IMG/VR virus record: IMGVR_UViG_3300016467_000093
Span: 1 to 24,928 of that record
Direction: 5' to 3' (one strand)
From: a virus
Lineage: Duplodnaviria > Caudoviricetes
DNA: 24,928 nt
A model generated the notes under the pieces. That model was not told where the DNA came from. It did not search any database and was given only the letters and a program-made list of their open reading frames with translations. Position numbers and translations under genes: made by a program. This document shows, one piece after another, positions 16,935 to 24,416 of the stretch. The number at the start of each line of letters is the position of its first letter. The stretch's first letter is position 1.

Positions 16935-17783
16935 ATGAAAGTCAATGAACTATTAGAATCATCAAACGATGAAATACACAGTTACAAAAAGTTGGATACT
17001 TATTTGTATCAACTGTGTAATCTAGTAGTCAACGGACAAAAGAAAAACAAAGAGCAGTTTGGTATGGTAGCCGCAGGCATACTAGATCCTGACAATAACT
17101 TTGTTCCTGGTATAAACTTACCCGGCCCAAACAATACACGCAGGCACGCCGAACGTGTGGCCATTGACAATTATAATAAACAGTACGGTGACATACCAGA
17201 AGGCAGTATTTGTATTACAACTTGCAGTCCTTGTAGTGAACATATGGACGAACGCTACGGAGAAAGTTGCACCGACTTAATTAATCAGCATGGCATTAAG
17301 AAAGTCTATGCAGGTTACATGGATCCTACACAAGACGAAGAACAGCGTGAATATAATATTATGGAGACTGCTAATAGTTCCATAAGAAATATGTGTAAAC
17401 AATTTGCTGATACATTCTTAAATGAAAACTTAATGGGCTTGTTGGTAAAACCAATTAAGCAAGCAATTAAGAAACCAGCAACTTCCAGTGAAGAGATGCG
17501 TAAGTATTTTGAAAAAGAAAAAGCTGCTAATGCTGCAAATTTAGGAACATTTAAAAACAATCCACAAGCTCAAGCAAAAGATGTTCAACAAGTAATAACA
17601 AGACCAAATGAAAATTTTGCCGACGGTCGTAATCCTCAAGACAAGGGCGATAGTAAAAGATATGGTATTAACACTAAAGCTAGTGTAAGTAGTCTACGTA
17701 AGACTGCTAAACAAGGCGGCCGTAAAGGACAACTGGCACATTGGTTGGCCAATATGAAAGCAGGAAGGGCTAAAAAGAAATGA
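16935..17783 (+). CDS. Zn-dependent deaminase (RibD/dCMP deaminase-like) with basic C-terminal extension
   Basis: HAE motif, TTCSPC..(11 aa)..C, GIKKVYAG..DP; K-rich tail from ENFADG. Confidence 0.75.
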   Translation: MKVNELLESSNDEIHSYKKLDTYLYQLCNLVVNGQKKNKEQFGMVAAGILDPDNNFVPGINLPGPNNTRRHAERVAIDNYNKQYGDIPEGSICITTCSPCSEHMDERYGESCTDLINQHGIKKVYAGYMDPTQDEEQREYNIMETANSSIRNMCKQFADTFLNENLMGLLVKPIKQAIKKPATSSEEMRKYFEKEKAANAANLGTFKNNPQAQAKDVQQVITRPNENFADGRNPQDKGDSKRYGINTKASVSSLRKTAKQGGRKGQLAHWLANMKAGRAKKK

Positions 17784-18163
17784 AAAAAATATTATTAATT
17801 TTAGCAGTAGTTGGGCTAACAGGTTGTGCAAGCGTAATGGAAATGATCCCAAGTCGCTGGGATGTTAATCAAGCTAAAGTAATTACTGATATACAACAGC
17901 AAACTAGACACTTTGACTGCAAAGCTGATCAAGTTGCACAGCTAAATGAACTAGCTAAAAGTGTAGAATGGTTTGATATCTATTCAAAAACAAAACCTAC
18001 TAGAGACATTAGTAAACTAAACGCAACTATCATTTCAACAATACAAGAGTATCAAGAGCGACTAAAGAAAGGACCCGTAAGTCCAATGTATTGTGATTTA
18101 AAACTTAAACTGCTCAAACAACAAGCTGACATACTAGCAGGTTCTGTCCAGGGGAGATTCTAA
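17780..18163 (+). CDS. Putative lipoprotein
   Basis: MKK, hydrophobic core, LTGC lipobox. Confidence 0.75.
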   Translation: MKKILLILAVVGLTGCASVMEMIPSRWDVNQAKVITDIQQQTRHFDCKADQVAQLNELAKSVEWFDIYSKTKPTRDISKLNATIISTIQEYQERLKKGPVSPMYCDLKLKLLKQQADILAGSVQGRF

Positions 18164-18391
18164 ATGAACTTATTTGAAATTACAAATGCAGGTGAACCAT
18201 GGGCAGCTGAACGTGCCCGTTACGCACTACAAATTCATGAAGCAGTTGGAGCGGGACAACTAAGTCCCAGTGAAGCTAAAGAGTTGCTAGCAGACTTAAT
18301 TGCTACAGATAAACTAGATAACGAAGCTACTAATCAACAGATGAGAGCAGCTCTAGTATTTGGTGTAACGCAACTAATTAGTCTTTACTAA
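18164..18391 (+). CDS. Hypothetical helical protein
   Basis: 75 aa; GGAG Shine-Dalgarno. Confidence 0.7.
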   Translation: MNLFEITNAGEPWAAERARYALQIHEAVGAGQLSPSEAKELLADLIATDKLDNEATNQQMRAALVFGVTQLISLY

Positions 18392-19577
18392 AAACAACTT
18401 TTAGTGCGTTAACTAAGTCTTCTATCATTCCGTCATCATGGAACGGAGTAGGAGCAAAGCGCAGGCGCTCAGTGCCAACATCAACAGTTGGATAATTGAT
18501 AGGCTGTACATAGATACCAAACTCATTAAGCAACTCGTCGCTCATGCGTTTACAACGTTTAGCTTCTCCTACTAGTACAGGAACAATATGTGTAGTACTA
18601 CAATCCATCACTGGTAGTCCAGCACGAATCAATTCACTCTTAAGTTTTTTAGCACGGTCTTGATGTAGTTCTCGTAACTCGTTATGTTCTTTAAGATACT
18701 TGACAGCAGCCATTGCACCTGCACAAGTAACAGGACTCATACTGGTTGTGAAGATAAATCCTGCGGCAATGCTTCTAATAGCATCGACAACAATACTGTC
18801 TCCTGCTATGTATCCTCCTTGAGTACCGTATGCTTTCCCAAGCGTACCATTGATTATATCAATTCTATTTTCTAACCCAAGCTCTTCAACTTTGCCTCCA
18901 CCGTGCTGTCCGTAAAGTCCTACAGCATGAACTTCATCAATGTAAGTCATTGCATCGTATTTGTCTGCTAAGTCACAGATTTCTTTTATGTGTCCAACAT
19001 CTCCATCCATGCTATAAACGCTTTCAAATACTATACAAGGTACATCGCCCGCTGCCTTAGCTGCCTGTAGCATTTCTTCTAACATGATCATATCGTTGTG
19101 TTTGAACACACTCTTTGGAGCACGGCTATGATTCATGCCTACTATCAAACTGTTATGATTTTTACTATCACTGACAAAATGTATATTTGGTATAATCTTG
19201 CTTAGAGCAATAAGTGTCCATTCATTAGCAACGTAAGCACTACTGAATAAAAGTGCTTTTTCTTTTTTGTGTAAAGTGGCTAATTCGTATTCCAAGGCTA
19301 CATGGTAATGACTCGTACCCCCAATATTTCTAGTACCACCCGATCCTGTGCCTGTATGGTCCAGTGCCGTGTGCATTGCGTCTATGACAACTTTGTGCTG
19401 ACCCATGCCTAAATAATCGTTAGAGCACCAGTTAACGATGTTCTTAATTGCATACGGGCCATACCATATAGCCTGTGGAAACTTACCGCTTTCGCGTACA
19501 ATATCGTTAAAAACACGATATTTGCCATTGGATTTTAATTCGTTTATTAGATCTTGGAAGGGCTGTTTGTCAATCAT
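18378..19577 (-). CDS. hemA: 5-aminolevulinate synthase (ALAS, Shemin/C4 pathway)
   Basis: [50 protein letters not shown] (PLP lysine), [18 protein letters not shown]. Confidence 0.92.
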   Translation of the reverse strand: MIDKQPFQDLINELKSNGKYRVFNDIVRESGKFPQAIWYGPYAIKNIVNWCSNDYLGMGQHKVVIDAMHTALDHTGTGSGGTRNIGGTSHYHVALEYELATLHKKEKALLFSSAYVANEWTLIALSKIIPNIHFVSDSKNHNSLIVGMNHSRAPKSVFKHNDMIMLEEMLQAAKAAGDVPCIVFESVYSMDGDVGHIKEICDLADKYDAMTYIDEVHAVGLYGQHGGGKVEELGLENRIDIINGTLGKAYGTQGGYIAGDSIVVDAIRSIAAGFIFTTSMSPVTCAGAMAAVKYLKEHNELRELHQDRAKKLKSELIRAGLPVMDCSTTHIVPVLVGEAKRCKRMSDELLNEFGIYVQPINYPTVDVGTERLRFAPTPFHDDGMIEDLVNALKVVFSKD

Positions 19578-19584
19578 AGTGTGT

Positions 19585-19599
19585 TATTTACACTAAATA
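19585..19599. promoter_or_regulatory. Back-to-back TAAATA late-promoter-like motifs
   Basis: TATTTA-CAC-TAAATA between the divergent hemA and 19619 genes. Confidence 0.6.
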
Positions 19600-19618
19600 T
19601 AGCATACCAGGAATTATT

Positions 19619-19975
19619 ATGAGAGCCAATGAAATTATTAGGAGTATCTTAGATTTAATTGATACCGTAGAAGGCGGAGAATCGCAGCCCACAGTATCGA
19701 TTGCAATAGGTTCCACTCCTATTGCGGACACTCCAGAAATTGTAGACGAGCCTGAATGTGCTGGTGATGATATTCGTAGATTTAAACAGATAGTAGATTT
19801 AGCTAGCGACGAAGGCGAACTCAGTCCATTCTCAAATAGTCCTAATGAAAAGTATGCAGATATAGATGCTGTAACTACAGCAGCGGGTGGAGGAGTTAAT
19901 GGTCCTAAGCATCCAGCAGATATCAAATCAAACAGCATCAGCATGTATCCTAATTTCCTAACCAAAGGAGAGTAA
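19619..19975 (+). CDS. Acidic hypothetical protein
   Basis: 118 aa; AGGA Shine-Dalgarno; MRANEII leader. Confidence 0.75.
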   Translation: MRANEIIRSILDLIDTVEGGESQPTVSIAIGSTPIADTPEIVDEPECAGDDIRRFKQIVDLASDEGELSPFSNSPNEKYADIDAVTTAAGGGVNGPKHPADIKSNSISMYPNFLTKGE

Positions 19976-19976
19976 C

Positions 19977-20213
19977 ATGGCAGCTAATGGAATTTCAACA
20001 CTATCTACTAAACGTGCTAGACAAGATGCTAAATTAACATTAGCTGGCAATGATCGTGCGGCACAAAATGTTATACAACCAGGACGCTACGCAGATACAA
20101 GTGCAGATGCTACACAACTACCAACACGTTATGCTGTTAGTGATAACGACACTAAAGATGTAGTAGATAATCCTAATGTAGGCGGACTCAAAATAGGAAG
20201 ACCTTGGGCCTAA
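19977..20213 (+). CDS. Hypothetical protein
   Basis: 78 aa; AGGAG Shine-Dalgarno. Confidence 0.75.
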   Translation: MAANGISTLSTKRARQDAKLTLAGNDRAAQNVIQPGRYADTSADATQLPTRYAVSDNDTKDVVDNPNVGGLKIGRPWA

Positions 20214-20216
20214 TTT

Positions 20217-21560
20217 ATGCCAGTATTACTCCCAAACAGCACTAATTATTCTCACCCATGGGAACCTAATCTGAGCGATCTCCATCAAGCCATGGAGTAC
20301 AACTCTGCTGGACAGCCCGTCCTTAGAGTTAATAACTTGGGTGGTGTTGGATACAACACAGCTGGCAATATATCTGCCAGCTCAGATGCATTTGGTCGAT
20401 TACGAATAAGCAATCCTGTTACACTATTTGATAGTGCTCATCGTTATAAAGACAATGGAAAGTTTAGCAGCCTAACTTCTGGTACTGCTACAGTTTCACA
20501 TTTAGATAATGAAAGCTCTATATCAATGGCCATAGGCACAGCCAGTGGAGATAAAATTTATAGAGAAAGCTATAGAGTATTTCCCTATCAGCCTGGTAAG
20601 AGTTTATTGGTATTCTGTACATTTGTTATGGCGGCTGCTAAAACTAATCTGCGTCAGCGTGTGGGATACTTTAGTGTGCGTAATGGTGTATACTTTGAAC
20701 AAGCAGGAACAACCAAAGCATTTGTTATTAGAAAATATACATCTGGTTCTGTTGACGATACAACTGAGCGAGTAGAACAGGCCAATTGGAACGTGGATAA
20801 ACTAGACGGCACAGGAATCAGCAAAGCTACATTAGATACTAGTAAATCTCAGATCATGTGGACTGACATTGAATGGTTAGGTGTTGGATCAGTTCGTACA
20901 GGATTCATAATCAACGGACAGTTTATTGTCTGTCACATATTCCATCATGCTAATGTTTTAGATAAGGTCTACATGACTCATGCTACCTTACCAATTAGAT
21001 ATGAAATAGAAAACACAGGCATCACAGCCTCAACTAGTACCATGCGACAGATCTGTGCTACTGTAATCAGTGAAGGTGGTTACGAAGCTAGGACCAAAAA
21101 TTGGAGAGCAACTAGAACAACAGGTATAGCATCTACATCAGTGGCAGCAGGATGGGCACCAGTGGTCAGTATTAGGCTAGCTTCAGGCAGGGAGAACGCC
21201 GTGATATTACCAGGCGCTATACATATTGCAGGTGATGGTAATAACTCTTTATACGAATATGCTATCGTACGCAATGCTACTATCACAGGCGGCGCTTGGG
21301 TCACTCATACTGACAGCGGCGGCAATGTAGAATACAATATCACAGCTACCAGCATGACTGGTGGTGTTCCAGAAGACAGCGGATTTTTTGCCAGCTCAAA
21401 TCAAAGCAACAATCTACGTACACAAGAGTTAGAATATAACTGGGAACAGCAGTTGGGTAGAGATCAAACACCTACCAGCGATACGCTGACTCTAGCTGTC
21501 CGTCATTTAGTCACAGGCGGCACAGTATACGGAAGTATGAACTGGCACGATTTAGTGTAA
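20217..21560 (+). CDS. Putative virion structural protein (beta-rich)
   Basis: 447 aa, T/S/G rich, DAFGRLRIS motif, late-gene context; function is inferred. Confidence 0.6.
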   Translation: MPVLLPNSTNYSHPWEPNLSDLHQAMEYNSAGQPVLRVNNLGGVGYNTAGNISASSDAFGRLRISNPVTLFDSAHRYKDNGKFSSLTSGTATVSHLDNESSISMAIGTASGDKIYRESYRVFPYQPGKSLLVFCTFVMAAAKTNLRQRVGYFSVRNGVYFEQAGTTKAFVIRKYTSGSVDDTTERVEQANWNVDKLDGTGISKATLDTSKSQIMWTDIEWLGVGSVRTGFIINGQFIVCHIFHHANVLDKVYMTHATLPIRYEIENTGITASTSTMRQICATVISEGGYEARTKNWRATRTTGIASTSVAAGWAPVVSIRLASGRENAVILPGAIHIAGDGNNSLYEYAIVRNATITGGAWVTHTDSGGNVEYNITATSMTGGVPEDSGFFASSNQSNNLRTQELEYNWEQQLGRDQTPTSDTLTLAVRHLVTGGTVYGSMNWHDLV

Positions 21561-21566
21561 TAAATA
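21561..21566 (+). promoter_or_regulatory. TAAATA late-promoter-like motif
   Basis: 4 nt before the ATG at 21571. Confidence 0.55.
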
Positions 21567-21570
21567 CATT

Positions 21571-21972
21571 ATGAAAGTCACTGAAATATTATTAGAAGGA
21601 ATGAGCAAAAAGGATACGTTTGGTATCCTGCTAGAGTTTATTGAATTTGCCGCCAAGCATTTAGATTTAAACAGCCTTCCTAAATTTGACTTTATGTTTG
21701 ACACTAAACGTAGTGTTGAGCATAAGAGCTTTGGCGGCTACGGAGGCGAACATATTAGTATCACAGTTAAGAATCGCCACATCATGGATGTGTGCCGTAC
21801 ACTAGCACACGAGCTTGTTCACTTCAAACAAGACTTAGATGGACGTATTGAGCCAGACAGCGGCAAGGATGGTAGTCCTATCGAAAACGAAGCTAACGCA
21901 GAAGCCGCAGTTATTATGCGTAAATGGGGTAAACTACACCCTGAGCTATTTGAGAAAGAATCAATAGCATAA
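21571..21972 (+). CDS. HExxH zincin-like metallopeptidase domain protein
   Basis: RTLAHELVHFKQ and downstream ENEANAEA. Confidence 0.75.
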   Translation: MKVTEILLEGMSKKDTFGILLEFIEFAAKHLDLNSLPKFDFMFDTKRSVEHKSFGGYGGEHISITVKNRHIMDVCRTLAHELVHFKQDLDGRIEPDSGKDGSPIENEANAEAAVIMRKWGKLHPELFEKESIA

Positions 21973-22000
21973 AAACGAACGAGCCCCGTAGGGCCCGTCC
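21971..22000 (-). terminator. Intrinsic terminator of the leftward 23084-22049 operon
   Basis: Minus strand GGACGGGCCC-UACG-GGGCUCGUUC followed by GUUUUU; C(UACG)G tetraloop. Confidence 0.75.
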
Positions 22001-22048
22001 TAATATATAATAAGTTTATAACTGATTAATAAGGCATTAAGCCGATAA

Positions 22049-22315
22049 TTACTTCTTAATTCCGCTATTAACAAATGCATACATCTTTTCAGCAGTTTCT
22101 AGAACTTTGTCTAGTCCTGGGAATTGCGGCATTGCAACGCTAGTAACAATTTGACCTGTCTTAGCATCGCGTTCGGCTTTCATTTCCCAACCCTGGAAAG
22201 CAACACGGTATTCGCTTTCAACTAGGTCCTTTGCCATTGCTAGAATGTCTGTACGGATTTCGTAGCCGTTCTTGTTAAATTTAACTTCTGGTAGTTTTGG
22301 TGTAAATTCAGACAT
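22049..22315 (-). CDS. Hypothetical protein
   Basis: 88 aa; AAGGAG Shine-Dalgarno. Confidence 0.8.
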   Translation of the reverse strand: MSEFTPKLPEVKFNKNGYEIRTDILAMAKDLVESEYRVAFQGWEMKAERDAKTGQIVTSVAMPQFPGLDKVLETAEKMYAFVNSGIKK

Positions 22316-22316
22316 A

Positions 22317-22598
22317 TTATTCTCCTTGTGTGTCAGTGTCTGTTTGGGCTTGTTTAGCAGCCTTAGCCCTAGCTGCCTTAGTTACTTCCACTGGTTTTGG
22401 AAATAAAACTTTGCTAACAGATTCTACGCTGTACTTAGTGATATCAATAGCATTGTGAGCCAACATTTTTGCAAATGCTGTCTGTGCATTGATATAATCT
22501 TGAGCAGCTTTGTTTAGTGTAGGATCTGTAAAGATCTTGTTTGTAATGACACGTTTTGTTTCTTGAAAAGTGTCAATGTAAAAGTCTGGTGAAAACAT
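22317..22598 (-). CDS. Amphipathic helical protein, phasin-like (tentative)
   Basis: 93 aa, A/K/T/Q rich, Ala/Lys tail; AGGAG Shine-Dalgarno; function inferred. Confidence 0.55.
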   Translation of the reverse strand: MFSPDFYIDTFQETKRVITNKIFTDPTLNKAAQDYINAQTAFAKMLAHNAIDITKYSVESVSKVLFPKPVEVTKAARAKAAKQAQTDTDTQGE

Positions 22599-22656
22599 AA
22601 TAATCTCCTGTGTGTATATGTGTAGTATATATGCCTAGACAGCATTTATACAAGTT

Positions 22657-22728
22657 TTATGGATGGACTTCCCATCCTTCTTTTGCCCAACGCAAAAGAG
22701 TCTTAAGAGTATCGATAAATTCGATCAT
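22657..22728 (-). CDS. 23-aa micro-ORF MIEFIDTLKTLLRWAKEGWEVHP
   Basis: Manual translation; GAGGT Shine-Dalgarno; ATGA overlap with the upstream micro-ORF. Confidence 0.45.
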   Translation of the reverse strand: MIEFIDTLKTLLRWAKEGWEVHP

Positions 22729-22799
22729 TTGAGTACCTCATAGACTAACATTAAAGTCAGCAAGGCCCAAGCAATTTTTTCGCCTAGATTACTTGCCAT
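22725..22799 (-). CDS. 24-aa hydrophobic micro-ORF MASNLGEKIAWALLTLMLVYEVLK
   Basis: Manual translation; overlaps both neighbours. Confidence 0.4.
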   Translation of the reverse strand: MASNLGEKIAWALLTLMLVYEVLK

Positions 22800-22908
22800 A
22801 GATTGCTTTCGCTTCTTCGATTTTGCCTGCTCTTGTAAGTGTAGCGGCTGCACGAGCTTGACCTAAAGCTTCGCAAAATGCTAAAAATGAGCGCATAAAT
22901 GATTTCAT
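22789..22908 (-). CDS. 39-aa micro-ORF MKSFMRSFLAFCEALGQARAAATLTRAGKIEEAKAIYGK
   Basis: Manual translation; AAGGAG Shine-Dalgarno; ATGA overlap. Confidence 0.65.
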   Translation of the reverse strand: MKSFMRSFLAFCEALGQARAAATLTRAGKIEEAKAIYGK

Positions 22909-23084
22909 AGAAAAGACTCCTTTTGGGAATAGTTGTACTCGCGTATGTAATTTTCGAGCTGTGCGGCATCGGTAATGCCTTTGGTGCTTAGATAGTTGTC
23001 TAAGCGGCTTTGATATGTACTATCGGGAAACATTTCTGCTAGGCGTTCCATCATGCCTAACATCAAGTTTGATATGGTTTTCAT
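22905..23084 (-). CDS. 59-aa protein, DUF3563-like (tentative)
   Basis: MKTISNLMLGMMERLAEMFPDSTYQSRLDNYLSTKGITDAAQLENYIREYNYSQKESFL; GAGGA Shine-Dalgarno; YLS...D..QLE..IR pattern. Confidence 0.65.
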   Translation of the reverse strand: MKTISNLMLGMMERLAEMFPDSTYQSRLDNYLSTKGITDAAQLENYIREYNYSQKESFL

Positions 23085-23134
23085 TGTGTGATATCCTCTG
23101 TAAGTGTGTGTAGGAACTCATGGTTTCTACTGAG

Positions 23135-23187
23135 TATTTAGTCAATTGTATTGTGCGACCGCACAAAATCAATAGTATTGACTAAAT
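23135..23187. promoter_or_regulatory. Nested inverted repeat with operator-like palindrome in a divergent promoter region
   Basis: Outer ATTTAGTCAAT (23136-46) / ATTGACTAAAT (23177-87); inner TTGTGCG-AC-CGCACAA (23151-66); minus-strand TAAATA at 23140-23135. Confidence 0.7.
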
Positions 23188-23209
23188 TTTAAAAGACTGT
23201 AATATACCA

Positions 23210-23215
23210 TAAATA
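23210..23215 (+). promoter_or_regulatory. TAAATA late-promoter-like motif
   Basis: Upstream of the ATG at 23234. Confidence 0.5.
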
Positions 23216-23233
23216 TAATATAAAGCAAAACAT

Positions 23234-23485
23234 ATGCGTAAAAGTACTAGATCAATACTACAAGAATTAAGCGATATTGGATTGAGCCGCAATACGGACC
23301 TCATAGTGGAAAGTCGCGGCACCAATATTATCGAAAGTGCAGTTAACCTAATTAAATTGATTAGAGAAAACTATGATATCGAAACAGCAGCCGAACTAGA
23401 GCGTCGGTTTATCAACAGCATAAAAAGTAATGATCCTAGCAAATTTAAACGCGGTATTAAACGCATCCAGGAATCAAAAGAATGA
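23234..23485 (+). CDS. Hypothetical helical protein
   Basis: 83 aa; ATGA-coupled to the next gene. Confidence 0.75.
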   Translation: MRKSTRSILQELSDIGLSRNTDLIVESRGTNIIESAVNLIKLIRENYDIETAAELERRFINSIKSNDPSKFKRGIKRIQESKE

Positions 23486-24336
23486 GTGGAAATGCACTTA
23501 AAAAGTTAGGCATTGTAGGTATTAAAGATAATCCTACCAAAGGAGTATTAGTTAGACTTACTCGTGGACAGTTCTTGCAAGTCAAGCAAGCACTACAGCC
23601 TATGTTGGCTAAATTAGGCGATGCTGGTTTTTGGCGTGCTGGCGGCGCAGGCAGCTTTGATCCTGAGCACAGGTTTGCTAAGAAAGGTACTACTAAATTA
23701 GACAGTGGTGACGTAGATGTGTTCTTAGATACTACATTGCTTAAGAAAGGTATGCGTTTAGATCCCAAGTTAGACGATGCAGGTGTACGCAAAACATTGC
23801 TAGCAGTCATGAGCAAGCAGTTTCCGGCAACTAGCATAGGTAAGAATGTACACATAGGTTTTCCTATGGGCGAAAATATAGATACACCTAACGGTCCGCT
23901 ACCTGCTTATTTCCAAGTTGACTTAATGACTATGGAACATGCACATGAAATAGGACGTCATCATGAGCATGATTATAGTGTAAAAGGAACTCCTTACTCT
24001 GGGCAAGATCAACAGTATGCTATGAGTAGTATTATTAACACTATTCCAGGCTATCCTCCACGTACATTCCAGTATAATGGATTCGGCGGTGCGCTACAAA
24101 AGCGTGAAACAGGCGAAGTTATTACACGCGACATAGATAAAGTAGCAGAAATTGCCTTAGGCAAAGGGCGTACTGCTGACGATTTAGGCAATGTAGAAAG
24201 CATCATTGCCGCAGTAGGCGGCATCAATAGTCCACGTTTAGAGCAGTTCCGTGCAGATATGGCTAAAAAGTACCCGCATATGACTGAAGGTACTACAGAC
24301 TGGTTTAAATCTATCAGGGCAAAATTAGCCCTTTGA
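23482..24336 (+). CDS. Pol-beta-fold nucleotidyltransferase-like protein
   Basis: GAGS ... SGDVDVFLD (GS + DxD) and FQVDLM (third Asp). Confidence 0.65.
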   Translation: MSGNALKKLGIVGIKDNPTKGVLVRLTRGQFLQVKQALQPMLAKLGDAGFWRAGGAGSFDPEHRFAKKGTTKLDSGDVDVFLDTTLLKKGMRLDPKLDDAGVRKTLLAVMSKQFPATSIGKNVHIGFPMGENIDTPNGPLPAYFQVDLMTMEHAHEIGRHHEHDYSVKGTPYSGQDQQYAMSSIINTIPGYPPRTFQYNGFGGALQKRETGEVITRDIDKVAEIALGKGRTADDLGNVESIIAAVGGINSPRLEQFRADMAKKYPHMTEGTTDWFKSIRAKLAL

Positions 24337-24358
24337 ACCCGTATTTTTCTCTCCGAAC

Positions 24359-24392
24359 TAAATACATATACAAAGCTCACAGAGTGTGGGCT
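24359..24392 (+). promoter_or_regulatory. TAAATA motif and 5'-UTR hairpin
   Basis: TAAATA 24359-64; AGCTCACA-GAG-TGTGGGCT 24374-92; GAGGAG Shine-Dalgarno downstream. Confidence 0.55.
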
Positions 24393-24416
24393 AAAGCATA
24401 AAGAGGAGAAAATATT

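Noticed and set aside
9560-17560. Minus-strand ORFs (9560, 9969, 10409, 10673, 12859, 13181, 13728, 15337, 15474, 17315) and off-frame plus ORFs (13371, 15377, 15650)
   Set aside because: Overlap well-supported genes with clear motifs
18378-19577. BioF or Kbl as alternative identity for the PLP enzyme
   Set aside because: [15 protein letters not shown] and ESVYSMDGD are ALAS-type signatures
22784-22969. 61-aa minus-strand ORF from the track
   Set aside because: No Shine-Dalgarno; the region is better explained by the coupled 59-aa and 39-aa ORFs in other frames
23110-23130. GTAGGAAC-TCATG-GTTTCTAC hairpin in the leader of the 59-aa ORF
   Set aside because: Has a C-A mismatch on the transcribed (minus) strand and does not cover the RBS; too weak to call
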